Assembly: GCA_951406725.2 (NCBI GenBank)
Contig: OX597816.1
Location: forward strand, 53,320,001 to 53,384,000
DNA: 64,000 nucleotides
Origin: Octopus vulgaris
Taxonomy: Eukaryota
Direction of reading: 5' to 3'
The notes beneath the pieces are model-generated. The model was not told where the DNA came from, did not search any database, and worked only from the letters and a program-made list of their open reading frames with translations. A program made the translations under genes and the position numbers. Below are positions 1 through 10,815 of the stretch, in pieces; the stretch's first letter is position 1, and every line of letters begins with the position of its first letter.

Positions 1-53
1 CTGGCATGGAAGCCAGTTAGCTGCTCTGGCAATGATCACACTCGGATGGTGCT

Positions 54-94
<41 letters not shown>

Positions 95-411
95 CATACA
101 TGTCTGTGTTTGTCTCACACCATTGCTTGGCAACCAGTGTTGATGTGTAGATGTCCCTGTAACTTAGCAGTTTAGCAAAAGAGGCCAATAGAATAAATAC
201 CAGGCTTAAAAAAAGGAAAGAGGACTGTGGTTGATGCATTTGACTAAATTTCTGCAAGGTGATGCCCCAGCATGGCCATGGTCTGATGACTGAAATGAGT
301 AAAAAATAAAAGATAATAAATAAAAAATAAAAGATAATAAATAGTTATAGAAAGAGATAAAGTGAAGAGAATGGGAAGAGAGAGAGAGAAAGACTCTTTC
401 TCATAGATCTA

Positions 412-977
412 TTGGGTTGTCCGGAAAGTTCATGCCGATTTATAGTAGCTTTCCTTTCGACTTATTTTAGAACATGGTTGAGTCCATAAAATAGGATTTG
501 AGTACACCTCCATTTAGAGCACAGTTTAAGCTATTTTTTCATGGAAGAAGGTTTATGTTCCTATAACATGTGTTAATTCTGTAACCTTTTAAAATGGAAG
601 ATAAGAAAGTTAATTTTCGATACTTGATGCTTTGGGAACCACACAAAAATTGTTGCAGCTCGGCTGGGATGTGTTACCCCATCCTCCATATTCACCAGAT
701 ATTGCTCCCTCAGATTTCCACTTATTCAGGTCTCTGCAGAATAGTCTTAATGGTAAAAATTTCAGTTCCTTGGCTGATGTAAAAAGATACCTTGATGAAT
801 TCTTTGCCATGAAACCACCTCAGTTCTGGGGAGAGGGTATTTTCAAGTTAAAGGAAAGACGGAGACGCACTGTGCAACAAAATGGTTCATATTTGGTTGA
901 TTAAAAATGTAATGGCAAGTATTTATTAACTTTTTTCTTTCCTTTAAAAATCAGCACGAACTTTCTGGACAACCCAA
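412..977 (+). mobile_element. Non-autonomous, internally deleted mariner
   Basis: About 29-bp TIRs (ttgggttgtccggaaagttc.. / ..gaactttctggacaacccaa) with a TA target duplication. The transposase N-terminus (MEDKKV..) is fused to the C-terminus with HPPYSPDIAPSDFHLFRSLQ. Confidence 0.95.
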
Positions 978-2468
978 TATATCCACAAGGTGGCCAGTTA
1001 GTAGAGTCTTTAAAGCTTGGAAATATTGTTTTGTGGTCATCTTTCGAGTTCTCTTTGCTTTGAGTTCAAATCCTGTTGCAGTCAACTTGGCTTTGCATCC
1101 TTTCAGTTCAGATAAATAAGATACCAATCTTCTTGTACTACCTTCAATTCTTCTCTTTCTCTTTGTTTGTTTGATTGTTTGTCTGTTTTCTCTCATTCTC
1201 TCTCTCTCTCTATTTATTTCTCTCCATCCCTCTTTCTTACAGTTATCTACTATGGTCAGAACTACAGAGAGAAGGACTCCACCTAAGTCCAAAAATATCC
1301 CAAGACACTCTGTGTCAAAACAGCATCCTTACAATAATATTAAGGACTTGAAAGCCGGCAAGCTGGCAGAAACATTAGCCCACTGGGCGAAATGCTTAGC
1401 AGTATTTCATCTGTTTACGTTCTGAGTTCAAATTCCACTAAGGTCAACTTTGCCTTTCATCCTTTCGGGATTGATAAATTAAGTACCAGTTGTGTACTGG
1501 GGTCGATTTAATTGACTGGCCCCCTTCCCACAAAAATTTTGGGCCTTGTGCCTAGAGTAGAAAAGGATATCAAGGACTTGAGGGCCTGAAGTAAAACAAG
1601 GCATATATGTGTGTGTGTGTATATATATGTATGATGTATATGAACTTATGTGTGTGTGTGTTGTAATTATTGTTGTTATTCAGTTCCCAGGTAAAACTTG
1701 ATCAAGCAGAGGCATTCAAATTGGACCCATCCTATCTTTTAGATGTATGCTTAGCATTACATTATCTAATGTACCTTTCATTATTCAAGATATGAGGAGG
1801 ACTTGTTTGCTATTTCTAGCAGGTTGTGTGACCACATACAGGCCTCCTTGTTGACTCTGAAGTGCATCGTCTCTTTACATGTATATGTTTACACATTAGA
1901 GAATGAAACACAAGACCATTAGGGATGGTGTGTACTGATTAAAAAAAGGAGCTAAAGACACTAAGAGAAAAACGCTAACACAAACATCTATATATTTACT
2001 AAGACACATGGTTGAAAAAGCAGAAATATACCACTTGTAAAGCTTATCACAACAACAGAAGAGAAAACCAATTAAAATGAAATTGGTGTCCTTTGAAGAA
2101 AAATTCTTCAATTACAATTTTCTGGCATCCATATTTTCAAAGGAAACGGAAATATTTATTGCAAAAAAATATGAAAATATTGGTCCTACGTATTTTTTTT
2201 TTATTTTGCTTGTTTTTTTTTTTTGTTTTTATGTTTACAGCTGCTAGCAACACAACTCAAACATTTTAACTATACATCTTGCTGACAATTAACACACTCT
2301 TTCAGATCTACAAACATTAATATAAATATATATGTATATATCATATATACACACATAGTACTATATAGAACATTTCTATACACATAGAACTGTTCTGTTT
2401 GTCAACTTGACAATCAATAATTTAACTGCTTTGTATCCACAAATTTTAGTATCATTTAGTTAAATTAT

Positions 2469-2502
<34 letters not shown>

Positions 2503-2978
2503 TGATAAAATTGGTAAGACAACAAAAGAATGAAAGAGACCTCGATATTATGTAAATAGAGGACGTGGGCATGGCTATGTGGTTAGGGAGCTTGCTTCCA
2601 AGCTATATGGTTTCGGGTTCAGTCCCACTGCGTGGCACTTTGGGTAGGTGTCTTTCACTATAGCCCCGAGCTGACCGGAGCTTTGTGATTGAATTCGGTA
2701 GGTGGAAGTTACTGCCGTGTGTGTATATGTGCGTGTAGGTGCTTGTGCCTCTCCGAAAGAGGAATTTATCTGTAAATGTGACAATTATTCAGTAACCATG
2801 TTTTATCATGGCTACCGAATAATTGTCACATATTACATTTATATATATAAAATTAAGATTCAAAAACTCATTCTGCCACAGATATGACAAAAGAAATAAT
2901 GTCAATATTTTGAGTTCCGTTATTGATGTGAATATGTTAAGGAAATGGTTGTATCCCTTATATTTGAAGTCTATGCTG

Positions 2979-3061
2979 TCATCTGACGAGGACGGTTTCT
3001 TTCAAATGATGTCATGTTTTCATTGATCAATTAAAGGAGTTACTTGAAACGGCAGTAATGA
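2979..3061 (+). ncRNA. Hammerhead motif with extended stem II in a PLE remnant (about 2500-3095)
   Basis: tcat-CTGACGA-(56-nt imperfect hairpin)-GAAA-c-ggca-g-TA-atga. A 25-bp inverted repeat lies nearby at 2776-2800/2807-2831. Confidence 0.55.
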
Positions 3062-3499
3062 ATTGACACCAGTACATCTTTGTTACTCATTTATAGATGT
3101 GTGTGCATGTATGTATATATATATACACACACACACACATACATAGTGTATGTGTGTGTGTATTTGTTCATTCATTTTTTTATGTTGATTTTTACCAACT
3201 AATCATAAGATAAATAGTTATTGAGGCATTGCTTTACAAGTGGACAGTCTACTTGTTGCTAAACCTTACATGCTTCTCAAGTGAGAGATATCTTATACCA
3301 TGTGTCTTTGAAAAATGCTAAGCCAGTGGACAACATATTTGGCTAGGAGAAATAACAATAAAATCACCACCAGTGGCTGAGTGATTTTCAGGAAAGCACA
3401 AATGTCAAAGCAAATACACACTCATTCACTCTATCTGTTGGCCTCCCCCACTCTCTCTCTCTCATTTTCAATCTCTATCTCAAACACACATACATGCAC

Positions 3500-3545
<46 letters not shown>

Positions 3546-4134
3546 ATACACACATACATACATACACATATGTATGTATGCATATGTGTATGTGTGTACA
3601 TGTGTGCATATGTGTTTTACTCTTTGATTAGCCCCAGGTTAGCTTTGAGAGAGCAGAACTATAATCAAAGGCATTCCATTCATGGCCATCTCATCCATCC
3701 ATATTTTGAGCATTTTTTTTTATTGACAACTACATTATTCAATGTATCCAAATCAATTCAAAACAGAATGGAGCAATTTCAAGGCAATCTGGCTGCTATT
3801 TCTAACAAATTCAGCAGCCACATCGATGCTCACTCATTGGCTTATATGACTTTGTATGTGATAAACTAGAACAATATTCACCAGCATGTATCTGACCAGC
3901 TTAGACAAATAACTATTTAGGAAAACAAACAAAGAGAAAGCAGGATTGGTCCAAAGGATTATTAAGTTCTGAAGAAGTAAGAGTTGTGTAATGTTTATGG
4001 GGTATTGAATAATTGATGTAAATATTTTGGAAGAAGTCCAGACTACAAGCAAAATAATATATAGTCATAAATATATATTGCAGTGAATATGTATACAGTT
4101 ATGACACACATAAATGAAAGCTAATAATGTAAAG

Positions 4135-4510
4135 CATCATCATCATCATCATCATCAGTCATCATTATCATCATCGTCATTACCGTCATCATCATCATCG
4201 TTGTTGTCATCATCGTCATCATCATTATCATCACCATTGTCATTGTCATTATCATCACTGCCATCATCATCATCATCGTCATCATCACCATTGTCATCAT
4301 CATCATCATCATCACTGCCATCATTATCATCGCCACTGTCATCATCATCATCACTGTCATCACTGTAATCGTCGTCATCGTCACTATTATCATCATCGTC
4401 ACTGTTATCACCATCATCATCATCGTCACCTTCATCATCTCCATCATCATCGTCATCATAACCATTGTGGTCATCATCTTTACCATCCCCATCATCATCA
4501 TCATCATCAT
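4135..4510. repeat. Degenerate (CAT)n microsatellite
   Basis: Seen directly in the sequence. Confidence 0.95.
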
Positions 4511-5429
4511 TTTGCTACCATATTTTCTCATGCTGTAACAGGCAGGACAAGAGCTAAAAGGGCAACAGTCTACAGCCAAATACTCTTCTTATCACCAACT
4601 CATATAGCACAACCAAACGCGGGTGATAGGGACTGTCTGCCCTGGGCAGTGTTTTTGGAAGGGGCAATACTTTTTGGCTTGCTGTAAAAGCTTGTATAGA
4701 GGACAGGAGGAGGGAGCAAACTCAAAAGCTGCTCACAGATGGTACACACTCTTGCCTCATCACTGACCAACCCTTCCTTGTTTTTCAAGTAAAATACTTT
4801 TGTCCTGTTGGTCTTCACACATGTCAAACTCTGCTTGACAATCTCAATTGACTTACAGTCAACTGTTATCGTTTTGTTAAAATGAAAACATAAGGGATCA
4901 AAGGTCAGCAATGATTATGACACTTCCTTACATCTTCTATCTCTTACTAGTTTCAGTTATTAAAGTGTGGCCAAGTTGGGGCACAGTCTTGTAGAAATTT
5001 TTAGTCAAATGGAATGACCACAGTACTTATTCTTTTTTGTTTTCTTTTAAGTCTGGTACTAAATCTACCAATCTCTTTCACCAAACCACAAACTTATGGG
5101 GACATAACACACCAATACTGGCTGTCAAGTGGTGGAGGGAGACAAACACAGACACAAAAACTCACACACACACACCCACACACACAACACACACACACAA
5201 TACACACACACACACATACAACACACACACATACAACACACACACACATACACCAGGTTTCTTTCAGTATCCATCTACCACATCCACTCACAAGACTTTG
5301 AGTGGCCCAAAGCTAAAGTAGAAAACACTTGCCCAAAGTGCCATGCAGTGGGACTGAACCTGGAACCATGTTGTTGGGAAGCAAGCTTCTTACCACACAA
5401 CCACACCTGCACATATGTTTTATTTTATG

Positions 5430-7280
5430 CTTCAATGTTCTATTCTGACAATAAAGCAACTTTAAATCTATTACATAATATATTAAACCACACACACATA
5501 GATATATGTATATGTATGTGTACATGAATGTGTGCATGTGTCAATATGACATAGTTGTTTGCGATCTTCACAGGATGACCTAACCTTCTCACCATGTACA
5601 ACAACAGACAATTTATGACACAGGATCCAGATGAGGTCCCTTGAGTCCTCATCTCCATCTTGATACATTAATAAATAACCAAATCAGTTTGTTTTTGCTT
5701 TCAAGCTGGGTGTGCCACATCACATTTTAAATTCTATTATAGATCAGTGTGATATTTAAGACATCTAAAATTCTCTGTAAAAATAAATATACACAAAAAA
5801 TTATGCTTTTCATTTTCTTCATTGGTTGTGGTCTGGATGAAAAAAAAAAGCATAGTTAATATGCCTATCCTTGAAGAGCTATGAAAGATCAACTTAGTTC
5901 ATTTTAACCAAATATTTAGCTATTTTTTAAGCATTTTACATTGTTCTTCACATGCATTAAGTGTATTAAACTCTTTCAGCTCAATCTCTTATTGAAAAGT
6001 TTTCTAAGACACAAGCATGGCTGTGTGGTAAGAAGTTTGCTTACTAACCACAAGATTTGAGGTTCAATCCCACTGTGCAGCACCTTGGGCAAGCAATTGC
6101 TAGATAGCTGTTGATCCCACATTCAGTTCATATGTCCTTTTGACAGACATTCATTTTGTCTCACTCAGTTCCTACCAACTTTCCCTTGGTAGAGAAGTCA
6201 ATTCCATCACTGATGACCCAACTATGCCATAGCTTGTACTGCACTAAATGTTACCACAAGCACTCATAAATGACCTTAAAATCTCAAAATCAAAACAACA
6301 ATTTAAGGTTACTTTCAAAACTCTGTAATAGTACTAAAAGTATTTTAACTAACTACTTAACGTATGCATTATAATATTTTGATTAATGCCGCTTAGTGTG
6401 ATCATGTACATATTTGTGAAGTTTCTTTATTTTTCCCAATGCACATACCTCCCCACAGGTATTTATGCACCTTCAATTACCCCCAATATTAAAACGCTTC
6501 CCCACCGCTGACATAAAAATTTCTCTCTGTTCACTTACACATTGTAGTTGCATAATGTCACCGCATGAATTTTCTCCCCTGTAGTAACAGGACAGTGGCA
6601 GGGGAAACAATTCTAGAGAAAATGCAGTGTGCTAAAGGTTAAGATGAAACATGAGAGCTCAAAGAACAATGTTAATGTTTCAATGTTGTATTCTGGCAAT
6701 GAAACAACTTTAAATCTATTACACATATATATTAAACACACATATATGCATATGTACATGGGTGTGTGCATGTGTCAATATGACATAGTTGTTTGCTATC
6801 TTCACAGGATGACCTAACCTTCTCACCATGTCCAACAACAGAAAATTTATTAATGACATAGGACCCAGATGAGGTCCCTTGAGTCCTCATCTACATTTGG
6901 TTTCATAAATAAATAACCAAATCAGTTTGTTTTTGCTTTCAAGCTGGGTGTGCCATATCACATTTTAAATTCTATTATAGATCACTGTGATATTTAAGAC
7001 ATTTAAAATGTTGTATATAAATAAATATACACAAAAAATTATGTTTTGCCATTGCTTGTGGTCTAGATGGAAAAAAAATATATAGTTCATGTGCCTAATT
7101 TTAACCAAATATTTAGCTATTTTTTAAGCATTTTACATAGTTCTTTACAGTCTTTACAGGTATTAAATTCTTTTAGCTCAGTCTTTTGTTAAGAGGTTTT
7201 ACTAAGTGAGAGGCATGGCTGTGTTTGCTTGCCAATCACATGGTTCTTAGTTCAGTCCCACTGTGTGGCACCTTGGGCAA
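5430..7280 (+). repeat. Old local direct duplication (about 5430-6095 and 6678-7280)
   Basis: Collinear unique sequence, e.g. atcttcacaggatgacctaaccttctcaccatg and cagatgaggtcccttgagtcctcatct in both copies. Each copy ends in a SINE A head. Confidence 0.9.
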
Positions 7281-7350
7281 GTGTCTTTCACCATAGTCTC
7301 AGGCCTACTGCCTTGTGAGTGGTTCTGGTAGAAGGAAACTGAAAGAAGCT

Positions 7351-7401
<51 letters not shown>

Positions 7402-7403
<2 letters not shown>

Positions 7404-7620
7404 AGGGGATACTGAAAAGTTCTTGGCTTTAAGGGTTTCATAAAAAGCCTGGCTAGAGGCCCAATTTTCAGAGTTCTTTTACAGGGCTTTAGAAAAACTA
7501 AAGGACCACTACAATAATTGTATAAATCTGAGAAGGAAATATGTTGAATAAAATCATAATTAACTAATCCTTTTGTATTTTCTTTTATCCAAAGCCAGAA
7601 ACATTTCAGCAACCACCTCA
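7402..7620. mobile_element. Short mariner-type MITE inserted in the microsatellite of a SINE
   Basis: Imperfect TIRs caaggggatactgaaaagttcttggctt / aagccagaaacatttcagcaaccacctca. The host SINE resumes on both sides. Confidence 0.7.
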
Positions 7621-8100
7621 AATATGTTTGTGTGTTTGTCTTAGTGTTTTTCTCCCACCTCCACTTGACAACCAGTATTGGTTTGTTTATGTCCCTGTAA
7701 CTTAGTGGTTTGGCAATAAGTGACCAATAGAATAAGTACCTGAGTTTTAAAAATATGTTCTGACATAGATTTGTTTCGCTAAATCCTTGAAAGCCGTACC
7801 CCCCCCCCCCGGCATGGCTGCTGCCTAATGACTGAAACAAGTAAAAGATAAAGCATTCACTATATCAGTAGCAATAGATTTTGTTTCAGCAAGTGGTTGG
7901 CAGTGGATACATACTACTGAGACAGAAAAGTGGGTCAAGTATTCTCACTAGCAATGCTGGATGACTCTTTACCCTAAAACAGATATATTTGTGTCTTTAA
8001 ATACACTATATCCATTATACATATTATCTCTGAATGAAGACCACATTTTATTTGGCTTTATGCAATGCATCTGCATTAAGTGTTGGATACACAGATGTTG

Positions 8101-8136
<36 letters not shown>

Positions 8137-8324
8137 ATATTAGGGAATAATTCCAAATTTACAAGGAAAAATCAGATTTAAGATTGAATCCAATTTTATA
8201 ATAAAATATTATATTATAATAAATTAGAGACAAAACCACTATTATGCAAATCAAACAAAGAAAGACTTAAGCCAATACATAAAATATAAAATAATTTATA
8301 TAAATTAAAATTTAACAAATGAAT

Positions 8325-8376
8325 AACCACTACGATCGTTTCGTGTCAGCACATCTTAGACATTCTTCAGGTGGTT
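8325..8376 (-). ncRNA. Minimal type-I hammerhead ribozyme (inverted twin of 8461-8512)
   Basis: Reverse complement reads aaccac-CTGAAGA-atgtc..gacac-GAAA-cgatcg-TA-gtggtt. It differs from its twin only at the variable N7 position. Confidence 0.85.
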
Positions 8377-8460
8377 TCTAAACCTTCTTAGCGAGTTATA
8401 AACTTCTTATAAACCTTCTTAGCAAGTTATATAGTTTATAACTCGCTAAGAAGGTTTAGA

Positions 8461-8512
8461 AACCACCTGAGGAATGTCTAAGATGTGCTGACACGAAACG
8501 ATCGTAGTGGTT
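8461..8512 (+). ncRNA. Minimal type-I hammerhead ribozyme (PLE-type)
   Basis: aaccac-CTGAGGA-atgtc..gacac-GAAA-cgatcg-TA-gtggtt. It has a 6-bp stem I, intact CUGANGA and GAAA cores, stem II, a palindromic stem III and a GUA cleavage site at 8506. Confidence 0.85.
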
Positions 8513-8639
8513 ATTCATTTGTTAAATTTTAATTTATATAAATTATTTTATATTTTATGTATTGGCTTAAGTCTTTCTTTGTTTGATTTGCATAATAGTG
8601 GTTTTGTCTCTAATTTATTATAATATATATATATATATA

Positions 8640-8672
<33 letters not shown>

Positions 8673-8921
8673 CATTATATACATTATATTATTCTTGTAA
8701 TTTACTTAATCTTTACTTTTTAATTGTTATTTTAATTTTAACTTTTCTATTATATGTAATTTTCTAGATGGTGTAATTTAATTTTTCATTTTGAATTGAT
8801 AAAAGGTTTTTTTTTTCTAATATTTTATATATATTATATTGTGTGGAATTTGATTTAGTATTTCTAAATTGAATTCTTTTTCCTTGTAAGTTTGGATTTT
8901 ATTCCCTCAAATAATAATTAT

Positions 8922-8983
<62 letters not shown>

Positions 8984-9072
8984 ACAGCAACTGAAATATA
9001 AAGGTTTTTTTTAAACTTTTTCATTGTTAGAAGCTTTCCTTATTTCTCATTTCATTCACACACACACACACC

Positions 9073-9410
9073 ATGGCTCAGTGGTTAGAGCATCGGGATC
9101 ACAATCATAAGGTAGTGAGTTCAATTCCCAGACTGAGCTACGAGTTGTGTTCTTGAGCAATACACTTTATTTCACATTGATCCCATTCACTTGGCTGTAG
9201 AAATTAGTTTTGACATCACTGGTGCCAAGTTGTATTAGCCTTTGACTTAGCTTTGGACAACATTGGTGACGTAGAAAGGAGAGCCTGGTATATATGCATG
9301 GACAACTACTGGTCTTCTATAAACAACCTTGCAAGACTTGTGTCTCAGAGGGTAACTATCTAGGTGCAATTTCATGGCCATTCATAACCGAACAGCGCCT
9401 TAACCCTTAT
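9073..9410 (+). mobile_element. tRNA-derived SINE family E (homolog at 33754-34139, minus)
   Basis: tggctcagtggttagagcat..gagttcaattcc head. The body matches the reverse complement of 33760-34139. Confidence 0.7.
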
Positions 9411-9920
9411 ATGATAGTCTTGTAACTCCACTTTCTTTTATTTGTCCGCTCACTTGTGTGGAATGTAAAAAGCTAAAAATATTTCTGAGATATTTTGTTT
9501 GACAATCTGATCATGTGAATTAGCCACTGGTCTGGAAAAGTTAATTCTGTACTGCATTCAAATTATTTCTTATTTTTTAAGGCATGGTCAAAGAAGGGAA
9601 GGTCTCATTCATGGTCCCTTTATTTACAAGGGATCTAAAACTGGCATGGTAAGAAAAGAAGAAACCACAGGTGTTGCTGCAGTAGGAACTAGAGCATATC
9701 AAGATAATGGTTTATCCTAAGACCAGACTTGGTTCAAAAGCTTTTAAACAGGTGGGCATCTTTTAAAGCAGTGTTTCCCAACCTATTTTTCCCCAAGACC
9801 CCACCATAACTTTCCAGAAAAACATATACCCCACTGCTGGTTGGGAAAAAACGACTTTATTTTTAATATATTATCACATTAGAATAGTGCTATACTGTAG
9901 CAAGCAATCTTCACATAGTA

Positions 9921-10815
9921 TTAGGTTTGATCAATTAGTATCCGGACTGTTGCCATAGTAACGAAGCTAAAGCATATAGAGAGAAGCTGCTTGACGCAGA
10001 TTGACCTTAAACTCTGCTGTACATACGCACTAAGTTTTAACATTCTAGCTCACTTCTGCTGATTGCAGCAGAGCTTGGAAGGAAGGCATGTAGCGTGTGA
10101 TTGTCACATTGACCATGACAGGAAAAGTTGTTATGGTGATACCTGCTCAGGAGCCTACACAAAGTTGCAAAAAGTGTATGGAGAGGAGAGTATGAGCTGT
10201 ACATATGTGTACAAGTGGGTAAGACGTTTTCAAGATGGCCCAAAAAATGTCAATATTGACGAACGTTCCGGGAGACCTGCAACCAGCAGAACTGAGAAAA
10301 ACATCACAGATGTGTATGCAGCTGTGAGGGGAAATCGTCACATCACTATCTGTGAATTATCAGAGGATGTGCAGATTAGATTCGGTTCAGTTCAGTCCAT
10401 TATCACTGAATGTTTGGGTATGATATGCATGTCTGCCAAGTTTATGCCATAACTTCTTTCAGCTGACCAAAAAGACATCCAGGGTTCAGTTGCACAAGAT
10501 CTCCTTCATTGTGTTAAGAACAATGAAAACATTTCAAAAACTTTGCATAGGCCTCTGAGCAGGTATTGCCAAGCTTTTGGCAATATTTGATGCAAATTTT
10601 CTAATCAACTTTGTCTGTCATGGTCAATGTGAAGATCACATGCAACACACCTTCCTTCCAAGCACTGCTGTAAACAGTGGAAGTGAGCTAGAATGTTAAA
10701 ACTTAGTGTGCATGTACAGCAGAGTTCAAGGTCAATTTGTGCCATGCAGCTTCACCCTGCATGCTTTAGCTTCCTTACTATGGCAACAGTCCAAATAGAT
10801 ATTGATCAGATCTCA
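9921..10815 (+). mobile_element. Mariner derivative with about 210-bp TIRs retaining only the transposase HTH region
   Basis: 9921-10130 is the inverted copy of about 10606-10815, with TA flanks. ORF 10063-10452 encodes KVYGEE..VYKWVRRFQDG..DERSGRP..SAKFMP (WVPH-like) and then stops. Confidence 0.9.

Larger units (their letters stand above)
8128..8920. mobile_element. Penelope-like element inverted pseudo-LTR remnant with 194-bp palindrome arms (8211-8404 / 8433-8626)
   Basis: Near-perfect inverted repeat containing the hammerheads. More diverged inverted outer termini lie at about 8138-8195 and 8850-8915, and the element sits in (TA)n. Confidence 0.7.

Noticed and set aside
2077-2240. Short + strand ORF with a pyrimidine-rich acceptor at 2240
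   Set aside because: No recognisable product, and all downstream frames stop quickly.
9073-9135. tRNA genes at A/B-box motifs
   Set aside because: They continue into multi-copy SINE bodies and lack a complete cloverleaf.
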